IMG/VR virus record: IMGVR_UViG_3300050505_000115 | DNA from: a virus | Length of the DNA: 37,855 nucleotides | Strand: one strand, 5' to 3' | Shown: positions 13,959 through 21,524 of the stretch, one piece after another | Position numbering within the stretch: the first letter of the stretch is position 1 | How the letters are laid out: every line of letters begins with the position of its first letter | Translations under genes and position numbers: made by a program | Notes under the pieces: generated by a model | Seen by the model: only the letters and a program-made list of their open reading frames with translations | What the model was told of the DNA's origin: nothing | The model's database searches: none

Positions 13959-14756
13959 CTATGGATCGCCCATGCAGGTGTAGAGGTAATCCACCTGTAC
14001 GGCGCGGTTTGCTGCGGTTGTTCCGTTGCCAGCCACGACCGTGGGCGTGACCGGGTTCGTTCCGATGTTCGCCACGGGCGTGGAGAACAGCGCTGCTCCA
14101 TCCCAGGCGAAGCCGATGTTGATACTGTCGCTCCAGGATTCTGCGACATGGTACGCGGTTGTTTCGAACGCCACCGTCGACGTGAACGACGCCTGCACAG
14201 CCCCAGCGTTGTTCGTCGTCGATCCGGAGATGAATCCCGTCGAGAGGTTCCCGAGTAGGCCGAGGTTCAACAGCGGCGCACCGCCGCCGGCCGTCGCAAA
14301 TCCCATGTAGAGCTGAGCCTGCGCGTCGACGGCGGTCGTGAATTTGATCCTGGCACGGACATACCACTTCGATGTCGCCGGGTTGTCGAAGTGAACGACG
14401 GTCGTTCCGTGCGGATAGACCACTGCGAACGAGCTAGCGCCCGCGCCGGTCGGCAGGTTCAGGACCCCGCCCCGCTCCGTGGCCAGCACCGCCGGAGCCC
14501 CGGTATTTACCTGGATGAATCGGTACCACTGATCGTTGTCGAAGTCGGAGCCGAAGACCTTGGTGATCCCGGTGCCGCAGAGCTGCTGAGCCCGGGCCAG
14601 TGCCAATGCCGCGGGGCCGAGCGAAATCCCACCAACAGCCGCCTTCGACCCGTCCGATTTCAGTTCCTTCAGCGTGCCGTCTGCGTCGATGAAGTAGCCG
14701 CGACGCCCGACCTTGGGAATGCTGACCAGTTCGCCTTCGTCGAGATAGAGCGGCAT
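13959..14756 (-). CDS. Tail fibre / receptor-binding protein, paralog 1 (265 aa)
   Basis: Track ORF. N-terminus MPLYLDE...IDADGTLKELKSDGSKA. Its position in the late operon supports the call. Confidence 0.6.
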   Translation of the reverse strand: MPLYLDEGELVSIPKVGRRGYFIDADGTLKELKSDGSKAAVGGISLGPAALALARAQQLCGTGITKVFGSDFDNDQWYRFIQVNTGAPAVLATERGGVLNLPTGAGASSFAVVYPHGTTVVHFDNPATSKWYVRARIKFTTAVDAQAQLYMGFATAGGGAPLLNLGLLGNLSTGFISGSTTNNAGAVQASFTSTVAFETTAYHVAESWSDSINIGFAWDGAALFSTPVANIGTNPVTPTVVAGNGTTAANRAVQVDYLYTCMGDP

Positions 14757-14932
14757 CAGTGATGTCCCTTCACTCCCAGGGCGGTCGCCTCGTTGCGCTG
14801 GCGCTTCTTCCGCGCCTCACGCTGCTCCGAGTAGCCGATCGCCACGGCTTGCTTGACGGGACGGCCGGCGGCGATCTCCGTGCGGATGTTCGCCGAACGG
14901 GCCGCGATCGATGATCCGGGTACGCGCGGCAT
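14756..14932 (-). CDS. 58-aa basic protein (not in ORF track)
   Basis: Hand translation gives MPRVPGSSIAARSANIRTEIAAGRPVKQAVAIGYSEQREARKKRQRNEATALGVKGHH. TAATG overlap at its start and TGATG overlap at its end fill the gap exactly. Confidence 0.5.
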   Translation of the reverse strand: MPRVPGSSIAARSANIRTEIAAGRPVKQAVAIGYSEQREARKKRQRNEATALGVKGHH

Positions 14933-15312
14933 TAGATGCCCTTCCCCATGAACGCGCAGTCAAGGGCCCCTGTACCGGCCGATCGCGTGAACACCAGCCG
15001 CACCCATTTGGCGGGGATGTTCGTGACGTTGAACATGACCTGGGACGCGCCGCCGGCGGGATTGCCGGCCGCCAGGGTCGCAACCGTGGCGGGGGTAACG
15101 CGCGTCGACGGTGAATCCTGCCGCGTCGATGGGTCCTGGATCGTCTCGGCGTTGGTTCCGTCGAGAGACAACGTCCCCGTCGTCGTGCCGGTCCACTGGC
15201 AGTGGAACGAGAGGTTGTCGAGGCCGTTGACGTTCAGCCAGGTCCCCTGAAACGTCGCTCCCGTCGAGGTCCCGACGATGTACTTGGGCTTTGAGACTCG
15301 GTCGATGGCCAT
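14932..15312 (-). CDS. Virion structural protein (126 aa, beta-rich)
   Basis: Track ORF. GGAG SD. Position in the tail module. Confidence 0.6.
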   Translation of the reverse strand: MAIDRVSKPKYIVGTSTGATFQGTWLNVNGLDNLSFHCQWTGTTTGTLSLDGTNAETIQDPSTRQDSPSTRVTPATVATLAAGNPAGGASQVMFNVTNIPAKWVRLVFTRSAGTGALDCAFMGKGI

Positions 15313-15331
15313 GACGCTCCGTGTAGGATTC

Positions 15332-15372
15332 GCGGGGTATGCCCCGCTGCTCTACAAGGGCGTGCGTGTCAC
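15332..15372 (-). promoter_or_regulatory. Late-operon 19-mer copy (15372-15354, GTGACACGCACGCCCTTGT) plus downstream GC hairpin (15347-15332)
   Basis: Read directly. Hairpin is GCGGGG-CAUA-CCCCGC. The TGA inside the motif is the stop of 15369..16160. Confidence 0.6.
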
Positions 15373-16160
15373 GCCTGTTTCTGGCCGGGTAGCAGCTCGT
15401 CGACGGCGGCGGGGGCTCCCTTGGCCGGCTTTCCCCGGGCCGGAGCGGCTGGCGTGATGGGCTGCGAGGCGGCCAGATCGGCGGCGAGATCGAAGTCGAT
15501 CGGGTCGGCGCCAATTAGAATCTTGACCTGGCGGTCCTGGTCGTCGTTCACGTCCCAGCGATCCCCGCGGCGGGCCTTCATCGCCGCGATCGCGTCATCC
15601 AGCAGGCCCCCCGGATCGGCGATCAGCTTGTAGATCGCCGGGTACGCCCCTTTCAGCGCATCCACCATGACCATGTCGAGCGAGCCTTCAGCCATCGCCC
15701 GCATGGCATGCATCGGATCGACGGCTACACGCCATTGCCTGGTGAAGCGGTCCAGGGCGAATGGTTCTGGATGGTTGACGGCGAGGCGGGCCGTCGTTTT
15801 TAGGAGCTGGCGGGGTAGGACGGATTGGAGGTACTGGATCGCCGTAGAGGCTGCCGCCTGCACGTCGTCCTGGATGTCGTCGGGGACGGCTTCGAACAGC
15901 GCAAGGTGCCGCTTCTCAACTTCATCATCCCCGGCGTCCAGCATCCGCTTGGCATCGTCGTAGTCGAACTCCGGTGCCTCCGTGTCGTCGGCCTCGGGTT
16001 CCGTGCGGGAGAGAGCGCGCAGCAGCAGGGCTCGGGCGCGCTTGGGGAACGTGATCGACGCCTCCTGTGCTTCCCGAGTGAAAGACGGGTTGCTGTTGAG
16101 GATGCGATCCAGGCCGAGGGCCGCGACCATCGTTTCGGCGTGCAGCGGATCGAGTGGCAT
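15369..16160 (-). CDS. Virion-associated protein (263 aa)
   Basis: Track ORF. TGATG overlap with the upstream stop. Confidence 0.6.
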   Translation of the reverse strand: MPLDPLHAETMVAALGLDRILNSNPSFTREAQEASITFPKRARALLLRALSRTEPEADDTEAPEFDYDDAKRMLDAGDDEVEKRHLALFEAVPDDIQDDVQAAASTAIQYLQSVLPRQLLKTTARLAVNHPEPFALDRFTRQWRVAVDPMHAMRAMAEGSLDMVMVDALKGAYPAIYKLIADPGGLLDDAIAAMKARRGDRWDVNDDQDRQVKILIGADPIDFDLAADLAASQPITPAAPARGKPAKGAPAAVDELLPGQKQA

Positions 16161-18001
16161 CAGGGAGCCTCGGCCACGGTCGTCGGCTGCTGCTCGTCGG
16201 ATGCGACTTCCTGAACCGTCGCCCCGCCGTCAGCGGCACGCCCCGCCCACATTGCGATCGACGACGGAACACCGGCGGCTACTGCGGCACGGATCGCCGG
16301 GCCCTTCGGCCCCTGGGAGGTGAAGATCTTTCGCACGGCCGCTTTCTGCTGGGCCGTGATGGCGCCGCGGGCGATCCACTTATCGAACGCTCGCTTTCCA
16401 GCGATCACTGCATCGGGAATCTTGCCCAGCAAGAACCCTGTCGGGCTGTGCTTGATCTCCTTGGCCGCCTTCTTGAGACCTACGGGGATTCCCGCTCCCT
16501 GTGCGTTGGCCTTGGCGTGGTTGATCCGCTGATCCAGCACGCTTTCAATCCGCTTGAGCGCCGAATAGTCGCGATTGGCATTGCGCAGTTCCGCGGCAAC
16601 ACGCGGATTCGTCTCGGCAACCGCCGATAGCATGTCATCGCGAAACTCTCGGATGTGAGACGCGATGTCGAGCTTACGTTCGAAGGCAGCCGTCCCATGG
16701 ATACCACCATAGGACTTGTAGGCGTTCCCGGCTTCGTCGGCCCATACCTTCTGAATCTCGCGAGCGGGAACGATCGCGTCACGATTCAATCCCTCTGTGG
16801 TCGCCTCAGCGCGCAGCCGCTTGATCTCGTCTCCGAGCGCGCCCGCCGTCGGCCCCGTCTGCTGTTTCTCAAGCAGGGCAATCGCCTTTCCCGTCTCCAT
16901 TCCGTCGAGCGCTCCACCTTGTACCGGTTTGGCTGGGTCGTACTGCTTCCCGCCGCCCCAGTTCTTGGCCTTCTTGATGCGGCCTGCGATCCCGTCGAGG
17001 GCATCGGCTTCAGCCGCATCAGACGTGAGGCCGGTGTCCCGCAGATCGGTTGCTCGCTTTTCCAGGTAGTCGACGAAATCGGCCGACCGCACGCCTCCCT
17101 CGGGGAGCGCCTTCGACGCCTGATCCCAGTGCGGGTCAAGCCGATCTTGCGCGATCGTCTTGAGGCGTTCTTGGACAGCGCCTTGCGCTTCCTGGAGTCG
17201 ATCGAGATTGCCGGATTCGGCGCGGTCGATCGCCTTGTCGAGATGGCGATCCTTGAGCACGATCGTCGCGGCGTTCTCCGCATCGTCAGCGAGTTGCTTC
17301 CGAGCCGTGGCGGTCGAAGCGCCCTTGATGTCCCCGGAGATGTCTTTGGCGACCCAACCTCGGGCGTTTTTGATCGCCTTTTCGGTGTTCGGACCCAGCT
17401 TCGCGGCCACGGCTCTGCCTGCCGACCCAACCCCGCGCGCGATCGGGGGGGCAACGTGCGGCAGCAGGCCCAAGGCGGCGCCAGTGTCCAGATCACCGCC
17501 GAACGCCTTATTGGAAACGGCTCCCTCGGTTGCCGACGATGCGATCTGCGCGGCTTGCGCCGGTGCTCCGAGTGCCCGAAGCGTCGCCCCTGCACCGCCC
17601 CCGGCCGCCATGCCCAGTGCGGTCCCGGTGAGCATCTGAGCCCCGGGATCGCCCATCTCGTTCGGGTTGCTGGGGTAGTCGAGGATGCGCGTCCCGCCGC
17701 CCGGCAGCGGCTTCTTGACGACGTACCCGCTGGCGTCCGCCGGTGCCTCGGGCTGGCGCGTTTCGTAGAGCCCGATCCCCGTAGGCTTCAGGATGTTGTG
17801 GGTGGAGATCGGGCCCGCTGAGGTTCCGGCTGCCTCGGAAGTCAGATCGCGTTCACCCGGAGCCATCCCAGCGCGGGCGCGGCGGGCGGCTGGACCCATG
17901 TCGACGACGGCCGGCTTCGGAGCTGGCGCGTACTCGTCCAGCGCGGCGAAATCGTCGCTCGGGCTGCTGCCATAGCTATCCAGCGCGTCGAAGTCGCCCA
18001 T
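16160..18001 (-). CDS. Large internal virion / ejection-type protein (613 aa)
   Basis: Track ORF. Position and size. Ala/Gly-rich with long helical segments. Confidence 0.6.
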   Translation of the reverse strand: MGDFDALDSYGSSPSDDFAALDEYAPAPKPAVVDMGPAARRARAGMAPGERDLTSEAAGTSAGPISTHNILKPTGIGLYETRQPEAPADASGYVVKKPLPGGGTRILDYPSNPNEMGDPGAQMLTGTALGMAAGGGAGATLRALGAPAQAAQIASSATEGAVSNKAFGGDLDTGAALGLLPHVAPPIARGVGSAGRAVAAKLGPNTEKAIKNARGWVAKDISGDIKGASTATARKQLADDAENAATIVLKDRHLDKAIDRAESGNLDRLQEAQGAVQERLKTIAQDRLDPHWDQASKALPEGGVRSADFVDYLEKRATDLRDTGLTSDAAEADALDGIAGRIKKAKNWGGGKQYDPAKPVQGGALDGMETGKAIALLEKQQTGPTAGALGDEIKRLRAEATTEGLNRDAIVPAREIQKVWADEAGNAYKSYGGIHGTAAFERKLDIASHIREFRDDMLSAVAETNPRVAAELRNANRDYSALKRIESVLDQRINHAKANAQGAGIPVGLKKAAKEIKHSPTGFLLGKIPDAVIAGKRAFDKWIARGAITAQQKAAVRKIFTSQGPKGPAIRAAVAAGVPSSIAMWAGRAADGGATVQEVASDEQQPTTVAEAP

Positions 18002-19797
18002 CAGAGTTTGATTGGCTTGGCTGCGTCGCTGATGATCTTCCGGGCCCTGGCTTCCCGCTCGGGCGTGCGGCGCGGATCATTCGGGGGCAGGTTGATCAGG
18101 GCCTTCGCCTGCTTCACCTGTTCCGCCGTCGGGCCGGCGTTCACGGGCGGCGGGTTGGCCTTTGCTGGCGCTGGTCGAACGGCCGGAGACTGACCTTCGC
18201 CGAATCCGTGCAAGCCAGAAAAGATCTGTCCCCGCTGGGCTTCCAGTTCGGCGCGGCGGCCCTCCGGCTGACTCGCGATGAAATTGTTGTACTCGTCGAA
18301 CTTCTTTTTCCCCTCGCCCTGGGCCTGACCGAGCTGGGCGCGCATGAAGCCGATGAAGTTCTCCATCTGCTTTTCGCCGATCTCCTTGGATCGGATCGAT
18401 CGGTAGACGTCCTCCATGCTCGTGTACTTCGGGCCGAGGTGTTCGAGTGCGAGGGCCAGAGCTTGCTTGCTGGCGGCGCCGCCGCGGGCTGACGACACGG
18501 CCTTTTCGACCGCGAGCGCTTGTGCCAGCGGGTTGTGGGGCGCGGTGTCCAGTTCCTCCATGACCGCGTTCAGCTCGTCCTGCTTCTTGATCAGAGGGGC
18601 GATGTTGTTCTTCTTCGCCCACGCCTCGGCTTCCTTCGAAAGCTGCCGCTCGGTCTGGATGCCGGCCTTGACCGCCTTCGCTCCCGATCCGCGGTACTTG
18701 TCCACCTCGGAGGCGATCTGGTTTACCTTCAATCCGGCCTGCCGGCCCAGCACGACGAGATCGGGCGGGATCGGATCGCCGGGGGCAAGCTGCCCCGCCT
18801 GCTCTACGAACTTCGTCAGCGCGCCGCCACCGCCGCCTCCACCGCCCCCACCGCCCTTTGCCTTGCGCTGGTCGCGCGCCGCCTGCGCGTTCAGACGGGC
18901 GATCCTGGCCTGGTTCAGCGCGTGAGTGTCGGCGTCCTTCTGCGCCTGAATCTTGGCAGCCGCCTGAGCGGCTCGCAGCTTGACGATCCGGCCGTCGGCG
19001 TCGATTTCTGCCTGGCTCGCTCCCTGGCTCTTGAGCTGGGCTTCCCCTTGCTTCAGGGCGAGGTTGTACTTGGCCAGCAACCGGGCATCCGCGTCCCGCA
19101 ACATCTGCCGGCGGCCCGTGTCGACGTCCTCGAGCCGGGTGCGGGCCATGACGGCGGTGTCTCTCAGGGTGGCAATGTTGGCCTTCTGGATCGCCGTGTC
19201 GTCGTCCCACTGCTTCTGAAGCTGGTCGAGGGCGCGGTTTTCGGATGACCCACCACCGGCCGAACGCAGCGCGGCCCCGAGCCCGCCGAAGATGACAGCG
19301 AGCCGGGACTTCGTGCTGACGTGCTCCCGCGGATTGACTAGCCGGGCTTGCTCGTATTGCTTGATCCGTGCGTCAAGGTCCTTTTCGGCGTCCTGTCGCC
19401 GCTGGAGGTAGTCGGCGCGCTCGAGGCGGGCTTCTTCGTCGGCTGCCTGCGCCTCGTTGGCCATGCGCTGGGCGGTCGCGGCATTGATCGCGGCGTTCGC
19501 CTTGTCCTGCTCGCCCTGCCGGCGAGCGATGTCCTCGCTCATCGGCGTTTCGACCGGTGCCGCGGGAACCGGGGTCGGCATGCCGGGGATCGGCTCCTGC
19601 CGCGTTGGGCCCTCGGACCCGATTTCGGGCGGCGTCAGGTCGAGCGGGGGAGCAACCGGTGGGGCAGGGTTGATCTCGTCGAGGTCGACGGGTTCCGGTC
19701 CCTCGCCCGACTGCGGTTGGTTGCCTTCGATTTCGGCAACTGTCTGCCGATCCTCTCTCGTCAGGTCCTCATCCAGCAGCGGATCGGCTTCGGCCAT
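18001..19797 (-). CDS. Large internal virion / ejection-type protein (598 aa) with coiled-coil regions and a Gly11 tract
   Basis: Track ORF. Gln/Ala/Arg-rich helical repeats. GGGGGGGGGGG is encoded at 18823-18855. Confidence 0.6.
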   Translation of the reverse strand: MAEADPLLDEDLTREDRQTVAEIEGNQPQSGEGPEPVDLDEINPAPPVAPPLDLTPPEIGSEGPTRQEPIPGMPTPVPAAPVETPMSEDIARRQGEQDKANAAINAATAQRMANEAQAADEEARLERADYLQRRQDAEKDLDARIKQYEQARLVNPREHVSTKSRLAVIFGGLGAALRSAGGGSSENRALDQLQKQWDDDTAIQKANIATLRDTAVMARTRLEDVDTGRRQMLRDADARLLAKYNLALKQGEAQLKSQGASQAEIDADGRIVKLRAAQAAAKIQAQKDADTHALNQARIARLNAQAARDQRKAKGGGGGGGGGGGALTKFVEQAGQLAPGDPIPPDLVVLGRQAGLKVNQIASEVDKYRGSGAKAVKAGIQTERQLSKEAEAWAKKNNIAPLIKKQDELNAVMEELDTAPHNPLAQALAVEKAVSSARGGAASKQALALALEHLGPKYTSMEDVYRSIRSKEIGEKQMENFIGFMRAQLGQAQGEGKKKFDEYNNFIASQPEGRRAELEAQRGQIFSGLHGFGEGQSPAVRPAPAKANPPPVNAGPTAEQVKQAKALINLPPNDPRRTPEREARARKIISDAAKPIKL

Positions 19798-19802
19798 GGC
19801 TT

Positions 19803-19821
19803 CATCTAGGCGCGGCCGTCA
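19803..19821 (-). promoter_or_regulatory. Diverged copy of the late-operon 19-mer (GTGACGGCCGCGCCTAGAT)
   Basis: Motif plus flank GAGCC-ATG-GCC matches the 21506 copy (GAGCCC-ATG-GCC). Confidence 0.45.
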
Positions 19822-19877
19822 CGGTCCTGTACCCCCGTTCAGTTGCGCGGCGCGTCGACTGGGGGCACGCTGGGGCC

Positions 19878-20228
19878 ATGAGAACAATGCTGCTGGCGGC
19901 CCTGCTCGTTGTGGGATGCGGCGACAACATGACCGCGGATGCTCCGGAAGCTCCCACGATCGTCGGGGCATGGATGAAGGCGAGCAACGAGCCGGCGCTG
20001 TCGGCACTCGTTCAACAGGAGATCTCGTTCGATCCCAACGGCGGGTACAGCAGCACGACCAGCTACCCGACGGGCTTCGAGAACACCGTCGCGGGAACCT
20101 GGATGGCGACGGATACGCAAGTGACGATCACGACGAACCACATCGAAGTGATCGGCTACGCGATCGACGTCAGCACGCCCGAATACCCGCGGCTGACGCT
20201 GGGGACGACCCTCTACGTCAGGCCCTAG
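19878..20228 (+). CDS. Secreted lipoprotein (116 aa), opposite-strand moron
   Basis: MRTMLLAALLVVGC signal peptide with lipobox. High GC3. The only plus-strand gene inside the late module. Confidence 0.75.
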   Translation: MRTMLLAALLVVGCGDNMTADAPEAPTIVGAWMKASNEPALSALVQQEISFDPNGGYSSTTSYPTGFENTVAGTWMATDTQVTITTNHIEVIGYAIDVSTPEYPRLTLGTTLYVRP

Positions 20229-21499
20229 ATTCCGACGGCGCTCCCGATCATGTCGAGGATTCCGCCCTTGCTCTTGTTGATCGCCTCGGTGTTCTTCGCC
20301 GCCGCGTTGACCGTCTGACCGGCGGCGTTGGTGCCGATACCAAGGGCTTGGAGCTGGGCTGCCAGGAGGGCCTTGCGCCACTCGTCGGCCTGAGCGTTCG
20401 CCGTGGTCTGGGAAGTGAGGTTGTTGCCGTACGCCTGCTGACGCAGGTTCGCGTTGGATTGCGCCGTATCGATGTCCTGGCCCCGGACCCCTCCGAGCGC
20501 CGAGATCAATGCCTGCCGCGCGTTCGCTTGCTCAGCGGCACGGCCCGCGGCGGCTGCCACGTTCGTCTCGTTGTTCGCCTCGGCATTCGCAACGGTCGCG
20601 GCTCGAGCTGCACCACCGGCGGATCGGCCTCCCAGCGCCCGCGCGGCCCCGAAGTTTGCGGCGTTGTTGCGCGCCGCCGCTTCCCGGAGCTGGATTTCAG
20701 CCGCCGATGGGACAGTCCCGTTCGCCGCTGCCGTCAGGGCGTCCAGGGCGGTCTGCTGACGGCCCCGGGTCTGGTCTGCCTGCTGCGTGTCCAGGGAGAC
20801 GACGTCTTGCGCCGGAGCCTCGCCGGGGCGGTAGTTGTAGCGCTCTTGGTTGAGGTTGCCCGACAACCCCATAGCGGCGGCTTGCGCCTGGATGGTCGGT
20901 GATAGATCGGTCGTTGCCGTCGACGTCAGCTCGCCAAGGACGGGAACTTGCCCCAGGGCAGCACTACCAGCGGGACCGGCCACGTTGTAGCCCTGGGAAT
21001 TGACCCCGGACCCCGGCGCCGCCCCGGCGTTCGGAGAGTTGCCCGCGTTGGCGTTGCTGGCATACGCGATGCCGACCGGCGGCGGCGCGGCCCCTGGTGA
21101 GCCGGCGGGGGCTGATAGGGCGCCGGTGCGGGTCGTCGTGCCGCCAGCTCCAAGCCCCGTGCCCGGTGGCAGCGCCGCCGGGACGCCAGCGGGAACGTTC
21201 CAGCCCGCGCCGTTGCTCGTTGCCAGGGAAGCGTTCGGCGCTGGAGCGCCGGGCGGGCGCGTGAACCCCTGCCCCTCCCCCCCAGACGGCACCATGCCCG
21301 GCGGTCCCGACGACGGCGGCGCGGGCGGGACTTGGCCGGACACATATCCCGTACCACCCGGGTTCACTCCGTATTTCTGCTCACGGCGTTTCGCCTCATC
21401 GGGGCCGATTCCAAGGGCCTGCATCTGGCCGATCGCCCCCGTCGCATCCCGGTAGGTCGGTACGCCGCCGCTGCCAGTCGAGCTGTTCACGAAGGCCAT
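20225..21499 (-). CDS. Virion protein (424 aa), Gly/Pro/Ala-rich N-terminal half
   Basis: Track ORF. Position between the large tail protein and the ejection-type proteins. Confidence 0.6.
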   Translation of the reverse strand: MAFVNSSTGSGGVPTYRDATGAIGQMQALGIGPDEAKRREQKYGVNPGGTGYVSGQVPPAPPSSGPPGMVPSGGEGQGFTRPPGAPAPNASLATSNGAGWNVPAGVPAALPPGTGLGAGGTTTRTGALSAPAGSPGAAPPPVGIAYASNANAGNSPNAGAAPGSGVNSQGYNVAGPAGSAALGQVPVLGELTSTATTDLSPTIQAQAAAMGLSGNLNQERYNYRPGEAPAQDVVSLDTQQADQTRGRQQTALDALTAAANGTVPSAAEIQLREAAARNNAANFGAARALGGRSAGGAARAATVANAEANNETNVAAAAGRAAEQANARQALISALGGVRGQDIDTAQSNANLRQQAYGNNLTSQTTANAQADEWRKALLAAQLQALGIGTNAAGQTVNAAAKNTEAINKSKGGILDMIGSAVGI

Positions 21500-21505
21500 G
21501 GGCTC

Positions 21506-21524
21506 ACAAGGGCGCCGCCGTCAC
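21506..21524 (-). promoter_or_regulatory. Late-operon 19-mer copy (GTGACGGCGGCGCCCTTGT)
   Basis: Read directly. The TGA inside the motif is the stop of the 1122-aa gene. ATG 21499 lies 6 nt downstream. Confidence 0.6.

Noticed and set aside
13061-14756. A diversity-generating retroelement acting on the paralogous fibre genes
   Set aside because: There is no reverse transcriptase anywhere in the window and no near-identical template/variable repeat pair. The paralogs are diverged along their whole length.
18823-18855. The Gly-codon tract as a programmed frameshift site
   Set aside because: There is no slippery heptamer or alternative downstream frame with coding character, and the main frame continues with good coding signal.
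19457-20902. Plus-strand ORF of 481 aa. Similar long antisense or alternate-frame ORFs occur at 16655-17821, 4735-5565, 18077-19210, 30276-31328 and 12557-13324.
   Set aside because: Low-complexity Arg/Gly/Pro-rich translations with no start signals. They fully overlap better-supported genes and are expected from the lack of stop codons in GC-rich sequence.
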